From a virus (lineage: Duplodnaviria > Caudoviricetes): a stretch of 39,780 nt of DNA. This document shows positions 33,365 through 39,780 of the stretch, piece after piece. Location of the stretch: the IMG/VR virus record IMGVR_UViG_3300032239_000271, positions 1 through 39,780 of that record. One strand, 5' to 3'. Positions within the stretch are counted from its first letter, which is position 1, and each line of letters starts with the position of its first letter. The position numbers were made by a program, and so were the translations under genes. The notes beneath the pieces were generated by a model. It was not told the DNA's origin and made no database searches. It was given only the letters and a program-made list of their open reading frames with translations.

Positions 33365-36300
33365 TAAATTTTGCTCCGTAGATCAGCAACTTCAGCACGT
33401 AGTTCTTTAATGGCTTCAATTAACAAAGGAACAATACGTTCATAATGAATTGTTAAGTATTGATTATCAATTGGCGCTGGTGCAACAATTTCCGGCAATA
33501 CTGCTTGAACATCTTGTGCAGATACACCAACTTCGCGCTTTGCTTCATAACCAAGTTTCTGTGCTGTTTCATTGGCTTCGTAATAGAAACCATTTAACGC
33601 AGATACTTTGTCCAAAGCATTTTCAATGCTGCCAAGACGTGTTTTAAGACGGTCGTCAGAGAAATATGCGGTAATATTGCCTGTGGCAGTGATAGCGCCT
33701 GTTACGGCCAATCCTGCGCTAGTTATACTAGAAATTACTGACCCGCTAACATTCAAGGCAACACTTGTTACGCCGTTTAAATTAGTGCCAGACCCATTGT
33801 GAGCCAAAGTGTAATTGGTCGTGCTAGGCGTAATGTTAGTAGAATATATTGCGGCATAACTACCGCCAGTATAAGCCTGAAGGGTTTGGCCTGTTGTGCC
33901 TGATCCAAGTGTTAAACTTGCAAATGTAGGCGTGGAACTTGTGGCAACTGCCTGACCAATATTAAAGGTTACAGCACCCGTAGAACCGGAAACACTAACG
34001 CCAGTTCCCGCCACAGCGGATGTAACACCGCTATTGGTTATGGTTACTGCACCCGTTGCACCAGAAACTGAAATACCAGTTCCTGCAACAGCAGATGTAA
34101 CGCCTGTATTGTTGATCGTAATTGATCCAGAAGCATTGGTAACGCCAATAGCAGTACCCGGATTAAGCGTTGCGGATGTATAGTTGGTTCCGTTACCAAT
34201 AAGCAAAGCACCGTTTGCTGGAGTAGTTGTAATACCAGTGCCGCCACCCGCTGGGCCTAAAGTACCCCATGAAGGTGCAGCAGATGCCCCTCCAGAAATA
34301 AATGCCTGTCCAGATGTGCCGTAAGAAACTGATGCGGTTGGTCCAATACCAAATTGACCTGCTGTTCCAATAACAAATCGCCCAAGGCCATTGTTATAAA
34401 ATGCTAATGGTAAATATGTACCTGTGCCATTAACACCAGATACCAACTGAACATCTGTAGAACCGTTAGTTGCAATCAAAATTTTGGATGCGTTGGTAGG
34501 ATCAGCGGCATTGGTTGCTTGCCAAGAAGCAGCCGTGGATGTGCCATTAGGCAGAGCATAAATGCCCGTTGTGCCGTTGGTCGTGCTTGTTTGGAAAGCC
34601 AAACGGTTCGTGATCGTGGCGTTGGTAAAGTCGCCAAGGATACGCGCACCAGTGCCAGTAAATGTTTCGTTGCCGCTATTGCTGACGCTACCAGTCGTTA
34701 AGGCCGTAACCGTAGGCGATGTGGACCATGCAGGGGCAACACCAACGCCGCCCGACACAAGAACGGAACCCGTAGCAACGTCAGCCAGTCTGGACAGCGT
34801 TGTGGAGGCAGAGGCGTACAGAAGATCGCCCACTGTGTAGGACATAATGTTCGTGCCGCCAGAGGCCACAGGAACCAAGCCGCCAAGCGTTGCAAGCGTT
34901 ACCGTTGTCCACGATGGAGCGGCAGATGCGCCACCAGACGTTAAGAACTGACCGGACGTGCCGTATGTAGCGCCACCAATGCCTAACTGACCCGCAGGTC
35001 CAAAACGGAAGGCTTCAGTTGCAGAGTTTCCGCCTGTAGCAGTCGTGAAAATAGACGCATATGTACCCTGCGCCGTATCCGTGAAGTTTTCAGCCGCAGT
35101 AACAGCAAAATACCCTGTAGATGCTGTAGCAAATCCAGTCGCGCCATAACCACGGGCAGTAAACTGCGCTAAGAAGTCGCCTGATTGCGATGCCGTTGGA
35201 GAAGCCGCCGTACCACGGGCTGATCGTGCCGTATATGCGCCATAAGCACCCGTACCATAAGCATCTTGCGTAATACGGGTGTTTGCGGCGTTTGCGCCAA
35301 CAATATACAAATCAGTACCAGCAGGAAGCGAACCTGTTGGCGTGGTCGTTTGCGTATTGGAAACAACAGTCAACTGCGTCTGTGGTGTGGCGGTGTTAAT
35401 GCCCAAGCGGTTATTGGTGTTATCCCAGAAGAACTTGGCATTGTTTTGGCTGTAAACACCGGATGCACCCGCAAATACGACAGAGCCAGTGGTAAATGCC
35501 GTTAAAGTACCCGTGCCGCCGTAGCCAACACCAATGGTTGAACCGTTCCAAACACCCGCAGTAATTGCACCGCTTGTGCCAATCGTCATGGCATCCGTTG
35601 CGCCGTTGTTTACCACAAAATGGATGGCATTATTTGTCGTTGTACCGATAGCAAGGTCAGCGGATGTCGCATCAAGATAAACAGTATTAGGCGCGTTAAA
35701 TGCACCCGATCCTGCAAATGTTGAAGAATTCATACCCAATTCGCCAAAATACGTTGATGACGTACCAAGGTTGTTGGAAACAATGAAGTTTGTAGATGCC
35801 GCGTTGCCAGAGTTGGTGTTTTGAAGCACCATTTCGTTGTAGGTGTTTACGCTATTGGTAAACGATGCAAAAATATTTGTGTCGCTATAGCCAAGCGTAC
35901 CGTAACTATAAGCACCCGCAGACAATGCGCTGGCAAGCGAACCATTGGCCGTCACATAGGTAAACGCACCCGTGGAAGGCGTTGTTGCGCCTACTGTGCC
36001 ATTAATGCCGCTGACCCAAGATGGAGTCGTGCCGTTGGATGTTAGGATTTGTGTATTCGTACCAATTCCCAAACGGGTTGCACTATTCGTGCCGTTTCCA
36101 ATAATTAAGTCGCCAGTTGTGGTAATTGGCGAAAGCGCATTAAATGCAGCGGATGCAGTTGTCTGGCCCGTGCCGCCAAACGAAATGCCAACGGTGCTAA
36201 GGCCGATGGTATTGCCCGTCTTGGTAATTGGAGCAGATACAGCAATATTGCCAGCAGAAGATGTCTGAACCCACACAAGAGCGGTAGAGCCAACTGTAAT

Positions 36301-38232
36301 TGTGCCAGTTGTATTCATAACCCATGAGGTTGAACCCCATGTTGTACCACCAGAAACGAATGCAGCAGCACCCGTTTCAATGAAATTAGGCCCAGTTCCA
36401 ACCGTATTAAAGTCCGTAGAACGGGTCAAAACCCAGTTTGTGGAGCCGGAACCTTGGTTGGTGACAACATAAATACCGTTTTGCAGACCGCTTGATTGGT
36501 TTTTAACCAGAACACGGGTTGCATTGGAAACGTCTGTGGCGGTGAAAGTATAGCCGTCAATTGTTAACGCCGCCTGTGTGCCAGCATTGGTAATTGTAGC
36601 GCCAACGCCAGACGTGCCGTTATCGTATGTTACCGTGCCAAGGTCAGCGGTAGTCGCATAGCCTACGGCGGTATGATATGTCGTGTTGCTAACTGAAGCA
36701 ACCTGACCATCAACGTACTGCTTAGTGGACAATTGCAATGCAGAAGTTGGGTCTTGCGTAACCGTAACCGTTGTCAAACCGGACAACGTAGCCGCTGTAG
36801 CACCTAGTGATATAGATGTCGTTCCAAGCGTAATAGATGAATTGGTTAGCCCAGCATTAGGGATAGTAGCCGATGCCGTAACTGCGCCCGTGCCATTACC
36901 AAACAAGTAGCCACTGAGCGTAGAAGCGCCCGTACCACCATTGGCAACAGGAAGAATGCCAGTGACGCCCGTTGTAAGCGGTAAACCTGTAGCATTGGTT
37001 AAAATAGCGGCAGTTGGTGTTCCAAGTGCTGGAGTTGCAAGCGTTGGCGAATTTGACAACACCACGGAACCAGTACCCGTGGATGTCGTTGTTCCCGTGC
37101 CGCCAGATGCTACAGGCAATGTGCCAGTGGTAAGCACAGACGTGGATGTCGCATATAAAGCGCCGCCAGAAGTGAACGACGTAAGGCCCGTACCACCATT
37201 GGCCGTACCAAGCGTACCCGTCACATGAGTAGAAAGACCAATTTTACCCCAAGACGGAGCAACACCGACCCCTCCAGAAATAAGAGCATTGCCAGTAGCC
37301 ACGTCATTAAGACGGGCCAAGGTGGAAGATGACGAAGCATAAAGAATGTCACCCGTTGTATACGATCCATAGCCCGTACCGCCTTCTGTTTCAGCAAGAG
37401 GCGTAGTTAGACCAGTTAGGCTGGTAATGTCGCTGTTTGCACCAGAAGCCGCCGCGCCAAGATTGGTACGCGCACCCGATGCCGATGTAGCGCCAGTGCC
37501 GCCATAAAGCACGGCAATTGGCGTTCCTTGCCATGTGCCGGAAGAAATTGTGCCAATAGATACCGTACCAGTGGCAGTAAGATTGGTAAATGTACCTGAT
37601 GCTGGTGTGGTAGCACCAATCGTAGTTTGGTTGATTGTTCCGCCTGTAATAGCAACAGCATTGGCATTTTGCGTTGACATTGTTCCAAGACCAGTAACTT
37701 GGCTCGCTGGAATCAAAATACTAATGCGGGAAGCAGATGTTATCTGTCCTTGTGAATTGATTGCTATTTGAGGAACAACAGTCGCTGTTCCGTAAGTGCC
37801 AGAAACAACGCCTGTATCAGCAATTGCTATTGTTCCAGTGGTCGTAATTGTACCACCAGAAAGACCTGTTCCGGCTGTAATTGAAGAAACAGTACCAGCA
37901 CCAATAATATTTCTAACTTGAGAAGCCGTTAAATCTTGGGGAGCATGGTCATTTCCATACGCATTACCTTTAATTGTATTGGCTGGCATATTAGCCAAAT
38001 ACGAATTATCCACGCCACTGGTCGCCAAACCAATAGAACCAGTCGTGGTAATTGGTCCACCAGTAATAGGTGAATTGGTCGTAATAGACGTTACCGTACC
38101 CGCCGCCGTATTTAAACTAGCAATAGCGCCAGTGGTCGTGCGTACTGAAGTTCCGCTTTGGACAACTTCAACTTGCTCTGAACCTGAAAGGCTCGTTGCT
38201 GACGGGAGATTTGGGATCGTCGTATTAGCCAT
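33364..38232 (-). CDS. Long tail fibre with C-terminal S74 chaperone
   Basis: 1622 aa T/G/S-rich; GGTG repeats; RVLVKNQ...NGIYVV; FSDDRLK...GVSAQDV..VLPE..YER.VPLLIEAIKEL. Confidence 0.9.
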   Translation of the reverse strand: MANTTIPNLPSATSLSGSEQVEVVQSGTSVRTTTGAIASLNTAAGTVTSITTNSPITGGPITTTGSIGLATSGVDNSYLANMPANTIKGNAYGNDHAPQDLTASQVRNIIGAGTVSSITAGTGLSGGTITTTGTIAIADTGVVSGTYGTATVVPQIAINSQGQITSASRISILIPASQVTGLGTMSTQNANAVAITGGTINQTTIGATTPASGTFTNLTATGTVSIGTISSGTWQGTPIAVLYGGTGATSASGARTNLGAAASGANSDITSLTGLTTPLAETEGGTGYGSYTTGDILYASSSSTLARLNDVATGNALISGGVGVAPSWGKIGLSTHVTGTLGTANGGTGLTSFTSGGALYATSTSVLTTGTLPVASGGTGTTTSTGTGSVVLSNSPTLATPALGTPTAAILTNATGLPLTTGVTGILPVANGGTGASTLSGYLFGNGTGAVTASATIPNAGLTNSSITLGTTSISLGATAATLSGLTTVTVTQDPTSALQLSTKQYVDGQVASVSNTTYHTAVGYATTADLGTVTYDNGTSGVGATITNAGTQAALTIDGYTFTATDVSNATRVLVKNQSSGLQNGIYVVTNQGSGSTNWVLTRSTDFNTVGTGPNFIETGAAAFVSGGTTWGSTSWVMNTTGTITVGSTALVWVQTSSAGNIAVSAPITKTGNTIGLSTVGISFGGTGQTTASAAFNALSPITTTGDLIIGNGTNSATRLGIGTNTQILTSNGTTPSWVSGINGTVGATTPSTGAFTYVTANGSLASALSAGAYSYGTLGYSDTNIFASFTNSVNTYNEMVLQNTNSGNAASTNFIVSNNLGTSSTYFGELGMNSSTFAGSGAFNAPNTVYLDATSADLAIGTTTNNAIHFVVNNGATDAMTIGTSGAITAGVWNGSTIGVGYGGTGTLTAFTTGSVVFAGASGVYSQNNAKFFWDNTNNRLGINTATPQTQLTVVSNTQTTTPTGSLPAGTDLYIVGANAANTRITQDAYGTGAYGAYTARSARGTAASPTASQSGDFLAQFTARGYGATGFATASTGYFAVTAAENFTDTAQGTYASIFTTATGGNSATEAFRFGPAGQLGIGGATYGTSGQFLTSGGASAAPSWTTVTLATLGGLVPVASGGTNIMSYTVGDLLYASASTTLSRLADVATGSVLVSGGVGVAPAWSTSPTVTALTTGSVSNSGNETFTGTGARILGDFTNATITNRLAFQTSTTNGTTGIYALPNGTSTAASWQATNAADPTNASKILIATNGSTDVQLVSGVNGTGTYLPLAFYNNGLGRFVIGTAGQFGIGPTASVSYGTSGQAFISGGASAAPSWGTLGPAGGGTGITTTPANGALLIGNGTNYTSATLNPGTAIGVTNASGSITINNTGVTSAVAGTGISVSGATGAVTITNSGVTSAVAGTGVSVSGSTGAVTFNIGQAVATSSTPTFASLTLGSGTTGQTLQAYTGGSYAAIYSTNITPSTTNYTLAHNGSGTNLNGVTSVALNVSGSVISSITSAGLAVTGAITATGNITAYFSDDRLKTRLGSIENALDKVSALNGFYYEANETAQKLGYEAKREVGVSAQDVQAVLPEIVAPAPIDNQYLTIHYERIVPLLIEAIKELRAEVADLRSKI

Positions 38233-38233
38233 G

Positions 38234-38974
38234 TCAAATACCCGTTTGAGGAATCTGTGTGTAACCTAGAGGCAAACCTACTATAGCAGTGATAACACGA
38301 GTTGTCGCGGTCTGAAAACTCTGTGCCGCCAAAGGCGCAGCAATTTGATAGGTAAATTGAGTCTGTGAACCACTAACTGTTACGCTATAAAACCCTGAAA
38401 CCCTCGCATTAGTTACACCTTCCACCGCCACTTGACTATTTGTGGAAAGCCCATGAGGCGCTGAACAGGTAACCGTAATAGTGGTTGTGCCGGAAGAACT
38501 AATAGAAAGCACTGGCAAAACAGTGCCATACGTCACGCCTTCTTGAAGCGGCATAACGGCATTAGCATCCAAACCAACTGGTGGGCCAATTGGCTGCGTG
38601 GTCATGGTCTGACCATTTTGAGTTTGCAACGTAGGCGCTAGCCCCGGAATCGCAAGGCCCGTTGTTGGATCAATTGTTGGAGCCTGAGATACAACGCGGA
38701 CATTTGTTTCATCATACTCATATGGCTCAGTCCTTGGGTTCATTACAGGCATAGGATCAGCCGGAACAATAATTGCCCTCAACTGATTCTGTGGCGTGTC
38801 ATAGCAACGATCGCACACAAGCATACGCTTATTGATCAGGCTTGCTCCAGCCCAATCCATTTGCCATTTTAACTTGTGATGATTGTACCACATCGCACAA
38901 CGGTCACAGACCGCATACGCACGAGGGTTTCGGCTACTGGTACTTGCGCGGCCAGATAATGACGAAAATCCCAC
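38234..38974 (-). CDS. Structural-region protein with CDRC...CDRC Zn motif and C-terminal beta domain
   Basis: GTG start after GGAGG; A.CDRC...VCDRC.D.PQ.QL. Confidence 0.7.
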   Translation of the reverse strand: MGFSSLSGRASTSSRNPRAYAVCDRCAMWYNHHKLKWQMDWAGASLINKRMLVCDRCYDTPQNQLRAIIVPADPMPVMNPRTEPYEYDETNVRVVSQAPTIDPTTGLAIPGLAPTLQTQNGQTMTTQPIGPPVGLDANAVMPLQEGVTYGTVLPVLSISSSGTTTITVTCSAPHGLSTNSQVAVEGVTNARVSGFYSVTVSGSQTQFTYQIAAPLAAQSFQTATTRVITAIVGLPLGYTQIPQTGI

Positions 38975-38992
38975 TATTCGGCCTCCCCGTCA

Positions 38993-39685
38993 TTAACGCC
39001 AATAACCACTGATCTGCGGACTAATATACATGGAAACATATTCCGTGTCTTGTTGCGCCGCAATATTATATGATTCTTCAGCCAATGGTTTTAATTGCTG
39101 AACCAAAGCAGGTTGCCAAACCATAGCAAGACGTGATGCCAAACCCATAGCAAACGCCTCAAGCCAACGGTAAGGAATGTCAATTGTTTGGCCATTGGTG
39201 TAATTACTGTCTTGAACCTGTGTAACCCGATAATAGGACAACGTAGATGGGCCATTTGATGTATTTGGAACAGGCCAAATTGTAACTGTCGGGCTTATCA
39301 AACGATCAAACCAGTAAGTCGTTGGGAAACCTTGCTGCGCTTTATTAGGATAAGATGCATATTCCGTGCGGCTGACTGGGAGGATGATTCGGTCAATGTT
39401 TTGCCCACCAGTATTGGTAGTGACGTAGGCATCAAGGATCATAACCGTATCGCTTGGGACCGAATAAGTAGACGTTCCAGTGACCAAATTGACCGTAACA
39501 AGGTCAACCTTCCACAGATTAACGCCCCTATTTGCCCAACTGGATAACATAAGATTGGCAGCAGTACGCGCAGAAGACATATGCTCCTGCGCTAAAGCCG
39601 TATTTCTTACGCCGCAAAGGTTGAACGCATATAAAGTGAGTTCACCAAGCGAAGGATTATATGCAGTAGTTCCGCTTGTGGTCAT
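38993..39685 (-). CDS. Second adaptor / tubular-A-like protein
   Basis: TTSGT..., AR...NL....WANRG.NLW, SR..Y...PNK..G.P..YW.DR, WPVP. Confidence 0.75.
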   Translation of the reverse strand: MTTSGTTAYNPSLGELTLYAFNLCGVRNTALAQEHMSSARTAANLMLSSWANRGVNLWKVDLVTVNLVTGTSTYSVPSDTVMILDAYVTTNTGGQNIDRIILPVSRTEYASYPNKAQQGFPTTYWFDRLISPTVTIWPVPNTSNGPSTLSYYRVTQVQDSNYTNGQTIDIPYRWLEAFAMGLASRLAMVWQPALVQQLKPLAEESYNIAAQQDTEYVSMYISPQISGYWR

Positions 39686-39699
39686 ATGACCCTCACTAA

Positions 39700-39780
39700 T
39701 TAAGCCGCGTCGTTCTTGATAAGATAACCGCCAGCAAAAAGAGATGCCGTGAATGGCGAACCAGTATTTGCTTTAATTTG
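39700..39780 (-). CDS. C-terminal end of an upstream gene (partial)
   Basis: Open frame ...FAGGYLIKNDAA* entering from the right edge. Confidence 0.55.
   Translation of the reverse strand, partial: QIKANTGSPFTASLFAGGYLIKNDAA

Noticed and set aside
23264-38232. Diversity-generating retroelement or invertible fibre cassette
   Set aside because: No reverse transcriptase, recombinase or near-identical TR/VR pair seen
16673-39689. Many plus-strand ORFs opposite structural genes
   Set aside because: Antisense shadows of Gly/Thr/Ala-rich codons; no SDs or motifs
1-39780. Stop-codon reassignment
   Set aside because: Long genes are intact in code 11; TAA, TGA and TAG all end genes at sensible boundaries

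Overview
Fragment of a tailed dsDNA phage genome, most likely podovirus-type. The host is probably an alphaproteobacterium; this is inferred from a GcrA-like HTH gene and promoters lacking the -7T. Left part (minus strand, 1-13000): small accessory genes, TerL/TerS, an adenine methyltransferase, a block of small genes behind repeated promoter-leader cassettes, Zn-finger/Toprim primase, SF2 helicase, DnaA-C-like HTH, RusA and a Cro-like HTH. A 53-bp symmetric control region (13001-13053) separates it from a plus-strand recombination operon (Gp157, ERF, SSB-like, nucleases; 13063-16453). Right part (minus strand, 16523-39780): ejection-type proteins, GNAT, tail nozzle and two adaptors, GH108 lysis module and several tail fibres/adhesins. 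No portal, capsid, polymerase or integrase is visible. Most unusual signals: (1) a ~315-nt structured intergenic region (2264-2579) with a tRNA-like element carrying a 117-nt insert, plus an SD-sequestering leader; (2) repeated promoter/hairpin/RBS cassettes with a compensatory base change; (3) an internal S74 autocleavage domain and recurrent [FYH]AxGG motifs in ejection-type proteins. All family assignments come from motif recognition, not database searches.
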